Assembly (NCBI GenBank): GCA_030141605.1
Contig: JAQGDQ010000039.1
Span: forward strand, 558,001 to 622,000
Source of the DNA: Tubiluchus corallicola
Lineage: Eukaryota; Animalia; Priapulida
Reading direction: 5' to 3'
DNA length: 64,000 nucleotides
Part shown: piece by piece, positions 39,541 to 52,985 of the stretch
Layout: every line of letters begins with the position of its first letter
How positions within the stretch are numbered: position 1 is the first letter of the stretch
Translations under genes and position numbers: made by a program
The notes under the pieces: model-generated
What the model saw: the letters and a program-made list of their open reading frames with translations, nothing else
Database searches by the model: none
What the model was told of the DNA's origin: nothing

Positions 39541-39901
39541 TTACATACATATGTAATAAGAATTTTCGATACAAAAATCTCCAATATAAACAAAAGTACA
39601 ATCAGGCATAAGTTACTGCACAAGGACAGGCAAAAAGATTTACATTAACTCAGTACATATATCTTCAAGTAAGCAATGAAAGATTAATAGATACAATTTC
39701 TTCAAATGGCAACACTATGATTAGGCACAAATTTCTATCATCTGACTTTGTTTTCACCTGTGTATTGTTTAGGTACAGGCGGCATATTTCGTGTTTCATA
39801 ATTTCTTGTAAAGAATTAAAAACGAACTCGCATTCTCAATAAAACGCCAAAAACGGCTTTCTCGCAATCAGTAAAAACGTTTTAAAATAACTCTTTCTCA
39901 C

Positions 39902-39962
39902 CTGACAGAGATAGAGAGAACACGTGGTTTCCTGATGATATAGGCAATACTGGAGCAGACTG
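39902..39962 (-). CDS. FAM53: FAM53-like protein, predicted 61-nt exon
   Basis: ttttctttttttag acceptor, CAG|gtgaga donor, phase 0 to 1, which fits the phase-1 acceptor at 32379. Encodes QSAPVLPISSGNHVFSLSLS. Confidence 0.7.
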
Positions 39963-41560
39963 CTAAAAAAAGAAAAGCAAACTATAAGAATTGCGGGGCA
40001 ATGCGAGCTTTATATGAATCACATAGCACATACAACTGAAGTGTTCTTCAACCTATATAAACGCGGTATTATCAGTTTACTAACCTTTAAAATGCACTGT
40101 TTGAACAGTGTACATAGACAGCGCGTAATACCAACGTATAATAAAGCTGCCCGTTGCTGAGAAAGATCAGCAAAGATTACCTTCTTGCATATTAATGAAT
40201 AATAATAAGTGAAACGTAAATTATCTGCTAATTAGTCATTAATTATTGCAAGCAGGTATAATTACACTCCCACATTTTACTGCTTTCTACATAGATGCCC
40301 TGTAATTGTTTGACAAGCAAGAAAGCACATGACGACGAAATCCCTTACTGCGTTAAGTTGTCCCAGTATGATAGAGAGCATCGAGTTAAATTAATATTGA
40401 TGACAAACTTTTCATATTTTCTCCAATGATACCTATGTTATTTACTGAACCCTAGAACAGAATACGAATGAGAAAACTGTCTACAAAAAGGAAGAGACTA
40501 CAATAATGCAAAGAAATCACATGCCTATGGTATAATGGTCCAAGCACATTAACACATACAGCAAAGCAACATATATACGTGTAAACAGTCTTGATAGCAT
40601 GGACTTATTATTTTACAATTATTGTAATTAAACATTCAGGTTTGCTTTGAGTTATCTCAGTCAGGTCTGTATTCAAAGAATTTCTGGACCAATCTAGCAT
40701 TGATTTTTATCACTTTTACATCTTGTGATGAATTTAACACCATAAACCTCTCACGCTTTTAATGTGAGAAGAATACGTGAAAACTAACGCTATTTTTATG
40801 TACGATTGTATACGATCAGTGTCATTTTTAAAAATTGTTTATTTTATACATATTAATTTCTTTCTTTTTTTGCGCGTGTTTATGCTAACTTTTCTTTGTT
40901 ATATTTAGCCTACACGAATATATGTGCTGTATCTGTATGTAATGATACGAAATAAAATAATAATAATTATTAGGAGAAATATACTGAAAATTGGTAGAGA
41001 AATCAGAGAAAGTATATAGCCAATACATTCATCTCTTATATGAGCGTACAGTGGACATTCAGTTACTTAGTCACTGCGTAAAAAATGAGCAGTCTGTACA
41101 GTGCAGTAGTTAGGATACAGCCAACAAAAACCTAGAAGGCTAGACTGCCTAGACAAATATTTTTAGTTTTACAGAAGCTATGATAGTACACCCAGGTGAT
41201 TTAAAATTCTGAAATGACACTAATAAATCCCATAAAACGGTTGCCTTTGCATCGCTCAACAATAAAAACGGTCCATTTCAATAAAACGAAAATTTTATGA
41301 ACACGTGGAATATTTTTATTGGCCGCAATTACTTAGCCTGTGTTTATGGCCGCATTGTTCACGTTAGCATTGACTGGCATGCTGAATCATTAACGATGCT
41401 TAATCAGGGCAGATCAAAGCGAACGCAAATGATGAGGATGAATTCAGAAATACAGATAGCCGAGTGAAATGAGGCTTGCTGACGAATAATGTAATGATGA
41501 AGCCACTAAACAGCCGACTTGCGTTTACACAAACACGAAATCAAGCACGTGACAGTTTTA

Positions 41561-41776
41561 TGTGACAAAAACGATCAAGCGACAAATGTCATGATAAGGT
41601 CATGTGAAACCTAAATGTAGTTTATTGGCAGGTGATGTGACAAAAACAATCATGTGACAAAGGTCATAACAAGGTCATGTGAAACCTAAATGTAGTTTCT
41701 TGGCAGGTGATGTGACAAAAACAATCATGTGACAAAGGTCATAACAAGGTCATGTGAAACCTAAACTGTAGTTTAT
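41561..41776. repeat. 75-bp tandem repeat, ~3 copies
   Basis: tgtgacaaaaac...ggtcatgtgaaacctaaa starts at 41561, 41636 and 41711. Confidence 0.92.
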
Positions 41777-42643
41777 CTAGTAATGCTACCAATGATTCTC
41801 TGCATGCAGCGTCAAAGCCAATACATTGCACAGGATTCTGTCTAGAAACATAAAAAGCCTCTTCTGACGAGTGCTGAGACTGTGTAGTCGTTGCGTATGT
41901 TGCACCAGTACCCACATTATGTATTTACACAACTCTTAAATGTGGAAATATACCAGTGGCGCCGTTAGCGGTCAGAAATAACAAAGAGCTGCGTAATATG
42001 TCATGGCGATAGTTTATAATTTATAATCCTGTTGAGAATTATTACAGTCTTAGCCTTTGTAGGGCCTAACGTGGTATATAAACAGCAAGTGTTATTCCCA
42101 AAGATTAAAGACCCAATACGCCGCTATGCAAAGCGATAAAGGAACACAATTGGTAATGGTAAAAGCGCGTAATGAACAGGTAATTCATAGTTCAATTTTT
42201 GGCTTTCTCTTTTTTCAGGTTTATTCCAGTATATTAGGTCACGAAACAAACAAAGTTGAAATTCGTACGGGGTTGTAATTATTTCCTATATACTTAATAG
42301 CAGCAGAGCGTATCAAAACATAGTCATCAGATATTACAACAATAGACGCTTCCTTCTGCGCTTATTTATAATTACAACAACCAAACACTATAATTAGTTT
42401 GCACAATGGCTTTCTTCTTTTAGTTTAATTGCAGCAGGTTTTAATTTCACTTTGGCGGAAATTTAACAATTTTGGAAATTTATTTACCCAGACCATGATT
42501 GATGAAAGAGCGCGCTTATAAAATTATAGAGATTTAGCGGTGTCCTCGTTCAAAGACATTCTCAAAGACCTGTTCACAAAAAACTTCTGAGCATGCGCAG
42601 TTCAATAAAGAGAAAAAGAATTAGAGATGCAAGTTTTTACAAG

Positions 42644-42880
42644 AACAAGGGCACTGTATAGACAAGCAGATCCACTAGACCCTGGCACGAAGTCACAATG
42701 GGCATAAACTTATTTCGAAGTTTCTAGATTTTCTGACCTTAACGTGGCCTTTGACTTTTTTGAGCTAAAAACAATGGGTTTTCGGCTCTTGCTCAGACTT
42801 ATTCCTGCAACAAGTTTGATTATTAACTTTTCATCCGTTTGGCTTTATTGTGTTACACAATCCTTACAACATCCTTGCAA
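42644..42880. mobile_element. Probable non-autonomous Helentron-like repeat fragment
   Basis: Begins AACAAG, contains tgacctt...ctttgac and aagtttgat...ccgtttggctttattgtgttacac, a layout common in invertebrate interspersed repeats; family not verified. Confidence 0.35.
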
Positions 42881-42903
42881 CAACTAGTCAACGCTGAAAA
42901 GTT

Positions 42904-42976
42904 GGGCCCAACCAAGAATAGAACCCAGAATCTTGCACATTCATGATGCGCCCTCTACCAATTGAGCTGCTGGATC
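42904..42976 (-). pseudogene. tRNA pseudogene or tRNA-derived SINE head
   Basis: Minus strand has A-box agctcaattggtagag, stem-loop gcgca-tcatgaa-tgtgc, B-box-like gggttctattc, an imperfect acceptor stem and downstream TTTT. Confidence 0.6.
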
Positions 42977-43436
42977 AACTTAGTCCTCTTACACACCACC
43001 CACGCACAAATTCAACCACTAAGCACTGCGCGTCGTCTACTATCGGTGGGTAAAGAAACGTTTTGGTTCGTAAAGAACTGTTCACATCAGAAATTCTGCG
43101 CATGCGTAACAACAAATTACAGAAATTATTTTACAAGGCACCTAACCGTGACGGCAATCACGTGATCAATCATGCCAGCTTCAATCCCAAGAGTAGTAAC
43201 ACGATCGGGTTACAATGTACCATGGTTTTGCAGCCACAGTGGGAAATTGCCACTATATTATTACTGCAATTGTAGGCTGTTGTAACGAAGAAGCCAAACT
43301 GAATCACTGCATATGCACATATACCGTGTAATAAAAGACAACAGTGAGACCATGACTGAATAAAGAGAAACTCAGTATTAACATACTGTTTTACACTTAT
43401 AATTTTTGGAGGAATTAGTAAAAAGGCGACGTAATA

Positions 43437-43538
43437 AGACGAGACGAGACGAGACGAGACGAGACGAGACGAGACGAGACGAGACGAGACGAGACGAGAC
43501 GAGACGAGACGAGACAAGACAAGACAGGACAAGACAAG
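43437..43538. repeat. (GAGAC)n/(AAGAC)n microsatellite
   Basis: Directly visible. Confidence 0.95.
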
Positions 43539-44110
43539 AATTTATTCTGCCTTGTGGTTATCGTTCATTGCAATTTCTCATTTGGCTCAATATTAAATAT
43601 ACACTACGATAAACAGACGAAAAAACAACATGTAGGCAACATATGAATAAACATAATCATAAAATGAGTGAAATCTCTTCAGCATAAGATACATCATTAC
43701 ATTAAATGAAATAGGCACCTGTACCAATGCCATTGAATACCTTACTAAAGGATAATAAGCCTACGTTTAAAAAACCAAAAATTAAATGACACATCATAGA
43801 GACTAGGAAACTGGTTGTCGCTTGAAGTTAATACTAAATTGCCCCACTGCACTTGGAATGTAAGAGTTCAGAAATCTACTAGTTTTGCAAATAAGGCTTT
43901 TAATACTTGCCAGATTTCAGTTTTTCAAAATTTGATGCAAGAGTGTGGGATGGGTCATTTATAAACACGTTGGCTTTTTTGTAAAAAAGATCTTCAAACT
44001 GCATTGCACTTTGTGTGCAAAACAGAATGTGAAAGACAATCCAAGATATATGCACACAGCGTTTTCCTATTTGTAGAATTACTTAAACTGACACGCATGT
44101 GGCTTTTTTG
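43437..44110 (-). mobile_element. Decayed Rex1/Babar-like (CR1 group) LINE 3' end
   Basis: Frameshifted minus-strand translation KANVFINDPSHTL...KLKSGK...CKTSRFLNSYIPSAV resembles the DPSHPL...LPSGRR...RTxRxxxSFxPxA C-terminus; followed by a 3'UTR, AATAAA and a (TCTTG)n tail. Confidence 0.7.
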
Positions 44111-44904
44111 AACACTTATGCTTTCCTTCTCGCATCTACGACACAACTTCGCCTTACAGACAAGGAAACAGTTATTGTCTAAATAAAATTTAGATACAGT
44201 TGTGTAAAGAGTTATTAACACTATTTTATGTAACACTGCTGTGATAACTATGTTTAACATTTGTATGAATCAACTGTTATTTGTTCTGTACGCTCGAGCC
44301 ATAACATACCTTTGTAAGGGCATTTTGTCTCTAGTAGACGTTTCTTTCACTGTTGATTAAATCAGTCTTGTTTGTTTATAATGTAATGTATGTAATGGTG
44401 GTTCAATAAACAAACACACATGCAGTAGCTAAACAATATGGTTCAAAGATAAACTACATAATGGAACCTGCCTGACAAATTGTACCAAATTGCGGAATCA
44501 AAGATTCAAAATCAATAAAAGTGTGAAATGAAAGCTCGGACGTTAGCCTGAAATCGATCGCCACGTTTGTGCGTTATGAAAAATGAGCGATTGATGAGTA
44601 TCAGTCAAGAAGATAACTTTCACTGAATAATTAATCCTATTTACATTGTAATCGAGTTGAATAAACGAAAGAATATTAATAATTAAAGCAATTAAATTAC
44701 AAATCTCACCTACAATTGCATGATGAAAAATTGATCCGGTGATATGAGTGAGTAATATTTTATAAATTCGTTAACACCAACCAGCATAATACACAGATTG
44801 CAAGCATGGAGTCATTGGTTTAATCAATTAGATTTTTATTGCGATAAAAAGTGCTGCACATTTGCTGAAATTTTAAATATACATATCAGGTTTAAAAAGT
44901 ATCG

Positions 44905-45198
44905 TTTCTGTAAACTGGGTGGTTTTAAAAGTATTCTTTTTGTGTACAGGGTGGTTTTAAAGGATTCTTTATGTATACTGGGTGGTTTTTAAAGATATTC
45001 TCTGTAAACTGAGTGGCTTTAAAAGTATTCTTTACATATGTTAGGTGGTTTTAAAAATATTCTTTATGTAAGCTGGGTGGTTTTAAGAGTATTCCATCTG
45101 TATACTGGGTGGTTTTAAAAGTATTATTTACATATGCTAAGTAGTTTTAAAAGTAGTCTTTACGTATACTGGGTGATTTAAAAGTATATTTTATGTAT
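44905..45198. repeat. ~32-bp minisatellite, ~9 copies
   Basis: Consensus actgggtggttttaaaagtattctttatgtat. Confidence 0.9.
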
Positions 45199-48100
45199 AA
45201 AATCATACGCCGTTTTATTCTTAATACTGATGTCATTTTAACATCGAAAATTTTGCCCATTGGGAATATACGCTACTAACACTCTTCTACATATTTAGCT
45301 TACTAATTGTCTGTTCTGTGTGATGATATTTATTTTATTTTTCTCGTAGTAGTATTTTTAAATAGTGATTTAATTAAGCTTTGTTTTTCGCGTTATATGG
45401 TACTTATTATCAAATGAAATAAACGTACATTAATAAAAAAAATAATAATAAAAAACTGGAGAACAAACACTAAATCGGAACACGTTCATTTTAAGGAAAC
45501 CACGGGGAAGCAGCAATGCAGAGAAAGCCAGACTGGTTGCTTATCAAGTTCATCATATGAAGCCATGCATGCAAGACTTTGTGTACAGGGAAGCCTACTA
45601 GAACTGCTTATCTGCTATTATAATTACAGTATCGGGCAACGCCCGAGTTTAATTACTACGAGTAGAAGCCCTCTCTCGAGAACACGTACTCCATAAACAC
45701 TAGAGATGATAAAGTCAACATGCAGAAATCCCCCTATAGTGGCTAATTTTCACTCGCTTAAGCTTTAGCTAGAGGAGAGATGGCTAAGTGGTGTTCTCTT
45801 GCCCTTTGGTTAATATAAGTTCAGTTAAATTGCATGAGCATCAGCTGGCGAGTCGAGAATGTTTAATTATCAGTCTGGGGAACATGTCGCCTGCTGTTCA
45901 AGTTATGCCTGGCAGTTATAACAATACAAGTCGCACAAAGGTTTCCAGACAATGAACGAAGTGACTGCTTGCAAAAGGAATGGAACATAACATGTCTGAA
46001 TCTAGGAGAAAAATTTATCTTATACATTTATGCGAATTCGCAAGTTGTCATACATTAACCTAATAACTTAAACTGGAGCATAGTCGATAGCTTCAGCGAT
46101 TGATGATGATCGTGAAAGGTCAAAAATTAAGTGTACCAGACAACATATTTGTTTTCTCGCCTCGAAATCCAAGCTAATGTAGTAGTAACAATTTTAAACT
46201 ATCTAGAACCTTACCAAGCTGATTTTTTCTTGTTCCAAAGCAAGATCCTGCTAGTAAAGCACTCCATGCACAGACTAACGCATAATGAAGTACAGTCCAC
46301 GTAAAACAACTGAAGTTACTGAACTGATGCCGCGGACGGTTTTGCTTTATCCACATGTCACGTAAGTAAGGCATGTTGCCGCGCGTGCGCACAACGAAAC
46401 TGTGAAGAAACTTATTATTCGAAGTGTGAAGTTTTAATATATAAGCCAGCAGCTAATAACAACTTTACCCTTGATCTTGAGTCCTTGACGGTCAAAAATC
46501 ATGTTTCATTTCATACAAGTTTCATTCAAGCCACTAAGGAAATAGCTTGCATCCGAAAAGAGGGCTAATTCTACTATTATCGGATTTCTTCCTTCTCCGC
46601 AAGTTAATAATAGGGAAGGCTGCACACTCACATAATTACAGTATTTACAACCAATGTACATAGAGAGCTCATACAGAATAAATCAGCAATGCCTGCATAT
46701 ATCTCACTGCATTTCTGCTTAACTGAAGGCTGGCAGTTTTCTTCGGCGCGTATAAATTGCTACAAAATTAGTAAGAAAATTTCAAAAGCGTAACTTGAAG
46801 TCGCTACCTTAACGAAATTTTACATTTTAGACCAGAAATCCCCCCAAAATATTAGTGTAAACTTAGAAACTTAAAATGATTTAACTCAAGTTCTAAGTAT
46901 TATAGTTTTACAGTTATTCAGTACTATGACTCGAGGCCTAACATTGATTTTAATTTAATTTAATTTATCAGTTTACTTCAGCTTAAAGCCATATATAAAT
47001 ACATACACACATACAATAAAATCGAAACTATGGCACACAATGTAAAAAATCTGCAAGTAAAAAAATCACATAAAATTAGATATTAGGGTAAAAAAATCAT
47101 ATACAAATAACTGAACGTGATAAAAGTACCTGCGACCAGTGCAACACGAAGTCTGACCTACCGTACGTCAGACAAATTCATAGAATGTCAACTAATAGTG
47201 AAATTATCACTTTTATCACTGATTCTATACCACCTATTATAAGAAGCTTTTCTTCCTATAACAGTGAAATGTGGAATGCGGTTCATTGCAAAGCTAAGGT
47301 AAATCTATAATAGAAACCATTAAAAAGCTAACACAAGTTTTGAAAAGCAACTTTGAAAAAACCGAGTGGAAACGTAAACTAAAAGCACTTGAAAAAGTCT
47401 AGCGTAAATCTGTTGCCAACATGAACTTGACCGTATCAGTCTGCAGCTCTAGAATGAGTGTGTTAGATAACTTAGATTGGCAGTTGAGATGTTGACTTTT
47501 GAGTTTTTGAATCCAACTTATAGATACAGCAGAAAAAACTCACAGCAAACCGGTTAAGTGAGCAAGCCTCAAGAGTGTCATGCATCGGTTACCATTATAC
47601 AGGCAATCATAAACATAATAAAGGCAATCATATAAGCAATTGACTCACTCGACGATGAAATAAATATGGCCCACACTCGTCAATTCATGCCTGCAATTTT
47701 AGTTTTGAGGTGGTCATAGTGCAAGCGATGAGCACAAGAGTGTTAAGTCTGGTAGAAAAATTCAGCATACGGCTTTTACTGGTTGCTTGCAAAAGATTTG
47801 TACAAAAACTGTTCTCTGCCGCCCCGTTTGCAAGGAATCTAGAGGCATTCAACATCTAAACCTTTCACCAAAATGACAACGCAGTGCGAAATCATCTTGT
47901 AAGCGCCCAGCAGAGGTCTACCATGTTTATCATGTCCTTCCCAATATTCCAAGAATATACCTAAGTACGGTTTCTACGGCAATAGAAATTTTATAAAAAA
48001 TGTTGGGAATCTAGAAACAATCAACTTCTAAACATTTCACTAATTCGACTTGTAAACTATTTAACATAATCGCTTGTTTGTTTGTGGAGTATTAGATAAT

Positions 48101-51100
48101 TTCATACTAATCAAAATATGTAGTCTTGAAGGTAAATTGTTAAATTATCTATATACTAAATAATTATTTATATCATATTATATCATATGTCTTTCGGCTA
48201 TTAACTACTGAATTGTACTTTGATGTTGTTTCTAAATTCTGGTAACTTTCTTTGTTTTAGATGCCTTGATAATGAACAGTTTCGTTCGAAACCGGTCAAC
48301 AATGAATTCCATTTTCATGAAAATGTCTACTTTGTCTTGCCTTTTTGCCATATACAACCCACCCGTGCTGCAGGCTGTAGCAGAAAACGCACATGTACGA
48401 GAGATGCAGGAAATTGAGATATGGCGGTGAAGTCAACTAACTTGTAAACCTTTTTTAAATAGTCACATCCTTTCTGAGACTACTGACGACACCTGCGTCA
48501 TATGGCGAAGCTGTAAAAAAGCTTTGAAATCTTCCATCAAATTCACTTAATACCGCCATTATTGCATATCACACTGAGAGACGAGTTAATGGCTTTGTCA
48601 CCAGAGCTGTCAAAACAGCAGCTGTAATGACAGCAACGTCACACCACTGTCAAGGTGGCCTCTTTATCAAAGCTACTGCCTGCACGACACATGTTGCCTG
48701 GATTGTTTTAACATAAATTAATATCATTAACCATAACCAATTCCCAGCCGTTTCCGACATTGCTCATAAACTTTTAATTTGTAAATCTAAATGAAGCTCA
48801 GGCTATCAAATTAATTAATTAGCGCTGGCAACTGTTTAAGTTACATTCAAGCATTACGATGCCCTTTTCAAATGGAGATACTCGGTAATTAAAAGCAGGC
48901 GGTGCGCCGGTAGCAATGCAAAAGGGCAGCCCTTGAATGGGTTACAAATTTTAATAGTTGTACTTCATTAAATAATTTCGTAAAAATATTTACATGTACC
49001 AAAATAAAGAAAACAGGTGTGAGTTCAAATATATTCCAGTTTTCGCACACATATCCTTAAAAATTCGGTCAAGAAAAAATTTAGTAATATGAATTACAAG
49101 TAACTGGTTTGTGTGTTATACAGTGATTCATAGCAGTAAATAATTAAGTGTTCAACCTCGAATTAAACCTCTTAAACCTGCCAGCTTTGCAGTTTTAACT
49201 TAAGTATAATGGTATTTAAACTCAATCAGCCAGGGCATCAAGACATCCCAACAGTACGACATTCTGATTACCACAGCGTCGGTTGCAGAAATATTATTAA
49301 TGATAGTTTTCAATTAGGAAGCCATGAATATTATGTAATTATTAGAATATTACGTAAACAGCCAATAGCCAACGAGCTGCAGCACAGTGGCGACATCATC
49401 TGTCACATGCACCTGCTAGGCAAGGCTGCAAGGCAAGCATATAAGTTAACTTATCCATCATCCGTCATATAATGTTATTCAAATGAATTCGGCAATACGA
49501 GTTTAAATTATCGTGTAACAGAATAGTGGCGCAAATTGCACAAATGCAAATAGCATGTAATATGTACACATGAGTTCAAAGTCAGTTCAAAGTCGTCAGG
49601 AAAATCGCTGAAGCGTCAAATCTAAACAACTTTTTTCGGTTAAAACAATTTTTATGTTTTCACAGGCAGACGATGTTGTTTGGATTTAATAAAATCGGCC
49701 TGCTAACTTATACCTTTATTACTTTGAAGCACAACACCAGCACCAAAAGTCACATAAACACGTAAACGCAACTTACGCCAGGCGGTGGCTAGACGTAATA
49801 CTATTTTATTTAATAGCCATAAATGACTACTTCACTACTGAAGTTGTCGATAATAAAATTATTTTAACCGAATTATTGTAATTTTCAGTTCAACCTTCAA
49901 TGCAGGAACCTGTTTTTCAGCTCTCCAAAACAGCCCTGTGCGGAAAAAATCTCGGATGCTTTCAATACGTGGTCGCGCCACAGGCAATACAATTTAGTTT
50001 TAATGCTGCTATTTTACACGGCATAAATAATCATAAACTCACAAATGCGTAATTGAAAAAACTTGGAAGACATATGTACATCTAAGATTCTAAATACATT
50101 CTTCTCATATCAATCTTAACTTCATGATGGAAACAGAAATACTCCCACAACTGTTTAATGTTTAAAAGTGCATTCAAGTGAGTATAACTATCGAACCCGA
50201 ATATGAACATTACATATTACACGCGTATATTCATACTGGCTCAAAGCCAAGTATAGGGAGCAAAATGAAGTACATGAATGAAAATTTTAACTACAAGTGA
50301 ATTAAATTAAATTAGCTTCCATATTTTAAAACCCATCAACAAATCACCAACACGTCTTTTTCAGGAGCCAAATGTTTAAACCACCGAGTCCCACACAAGC
50401 TATGATCAAGCTAGGATACAAAACAACAGTCTAACCGCCATTAACATTTTAGTCAATTAACTGACACGCAGAAGAGGCATTTAGTTAATATTACGACTCC
50501 TCTTTATTAAAAGGACAGTGTAAACCAGCTAATTCAGTTTGTGGTTAACCCAAACCAAAAGTTTAAATTCAATTAAGTTCGATCTTTTACACAGCCTTTC
50601 TTTCAAGCAAATTTGGTTATAAAGAAATATTATTTACAAAAAACTAACATAACTATATCAATGTGGTTGCCTTTAGCTGCAGGCTCGTGCATGGTAGCCA
50701 ATACAAAGTGAGATATAACATATAACAACTACATATAATCATTAGTCAACCGAGTAATCCAATCTAGTGTAGATAATAGACAAAAAAGTACATATAGCGA
50801 TCAAATATTTACAACCTGCGTTAGTAATTGGTTCACTAGTACCCTGCATAGTGCCGGTTCTTTATATGTAAAAAAAATCTAAATTACTGTCACCGAACAC
50901 TTCTTCATTCCCTAATGCACACGTAAATAAGAGATGTTTTGGATTTTGCTCTTCCATACCGCATTCACGAAGGGGGCTTGATTTGTCCAAGACGATGCAG
51001 AAATTTATTAAATTTACATTGCCCCGTTAACAAAGATTCGACTCATGTACAGGCACGTTAATTAGGAGTCTTTTATAATTACGAAACTTGATAAAAATTT

Positions 51101-52852
51101 TACTAAAGTTAACAGATTGGTTAGGATCATGTGACCTACATATTCTCAGTCAGGTAAATATTTATGGCATAATGCAACATCCTGCCGGAGCCAATTTAGT
51201 TTTACACACAAATCCGCAAAATGACGCTACAGTGCAAATTAAACACAATGTGCACATGTACCTTTTCTGTATACAGTTAGTGTATTAGTACTGAGGTATT
51301 GGACTCTGAAAGCCTGACCCATATGACTGACAGTTTTACCACACTGCATGAACCATTAACATGGCGTCGATGGTACATTATTATTATTAATGACGTCCGC
51401 TTGAAAAATTTACCCTAAAACTAAAAAGTGCTGAACCCTGGACGATAATATAAGTGACACACCTGTCAGGCTTATTGGCAAGTTACTGGATTGGTTGTAA
51501 TTTTGATATTAATGCTCCTATTTAGGCCGACACTTTGGTTACATAACAGCCAGGTATCAAATCAGTATAATCAAGACTCTAGATTTGTCTCTTAAAAACT
51601 AAGATAAAATTAAAAAAGTTATGACGAATGAAATACGTTTTTAGTTTATTCAAATACTTTCTAAAAGCTTAAAGTGGTATTTAAACTGAAGACTAATTTC
51701 AAGAAGAAAGTTTTCCATTAATACGGTAGCAAAAGAAGATACCTATACCAATTCTTGGTGTATATAGACATTTACTAAGTAATTTGAAATTTTGTAATTT
51801 TTACTGTGTGATGCAAATGTCTTGATATTTTGTGATTATGAACTAATTATTTGGTCCCATTTGTGTCCATGTACTTAATTTTTTATGTCTTTTTGTTTTG
51901 CTTAACCCTCACTGAAAGTAATTTTTATGTTCTTTTCTGTATTTTGGTTAATAAACTAAACCAAATTATTACGCTGGTGACATTTTTTGCCATTATGCAC
52001 GCATTTGCCTTTAACAATTGCGTGAACTTTATTCTCATACTGCGGTGTTTTTGTATACTTTTGTACATATGAATATCGATTTTATTCGCAAATAAAGATT
52101 ATTATATATATATGTATAATAATTATAGATATTATGAGGGATTTTTTGCATTACTTATTATTCGTAACTGTATATGAAAATCTCTGTTGAAAATTTGGAG
52201 TAAATATCCACGTGCGAAACAAGATGCAAGAACGTATAAGATATTAAATAACTGAACATTTTGATTGTTTAGTTAACTCAAAGAAAACTAACATAAATCG
52301 ATCAGTCATAGGTATTAGTGACAACTTGCTTGTAGTGTGTAAAAGTGACGACTTGCTTGTAGTGTGTAAAAGCTCGTACACCTAACATTCATCATGCTTT
52401 TGTTTTCGTCACTTGCGGTTTAAATTATTTCTCTTATCTGCAAGTTATATCCGCTCTGAAATAAGCAAGCACGGCATTTACACCTTGCGAGAATAAGCCA
52501 GTAAAGCGCAAGGCGTTGCTCTTATGGATTTCCGTTCGCATAAGTTGAGCTGACCTCAATGGGAATCCATTACAAGTAACATTTCAATAGGAATCCATTA
52601 CAGTACATGTAATATTTCGTAGGCATATAGTATGCACCTGCCCATCACATAATATATAGCAAGTATGTGACTACAAACATAATTACACCCATATGAACAG
52701 AATAACGGCAATAATAGCATCAGCTAATATAATTAATTATGAACGTGTCTGCTTGTCATTTTGACAAATAAATAATACAAATACGTACAGAATTGCTGAA
52801 AAAACGACGTTAGTCATTTATCATGTGAACATGCTTATCCAATTGCAAAAAA

Positions 52853-52985
52853 GAGAGAGAGAGGAGAGGAAAAAAGTGAGGAAGAGAGAGAAAGTGCAAG
52901 AGACAGAGAGAGAGAAAGAAAGAGAAAGGGAGAAAGAGAGAGAGAGAGAGAGAGCAAGAGAAAGGGAGAGAGAGAGAGAGAGATG
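52853..52985. repeat. Degenerate GA-rich simple repeat
   Basis: Directly visible. Confidence 0.9.
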
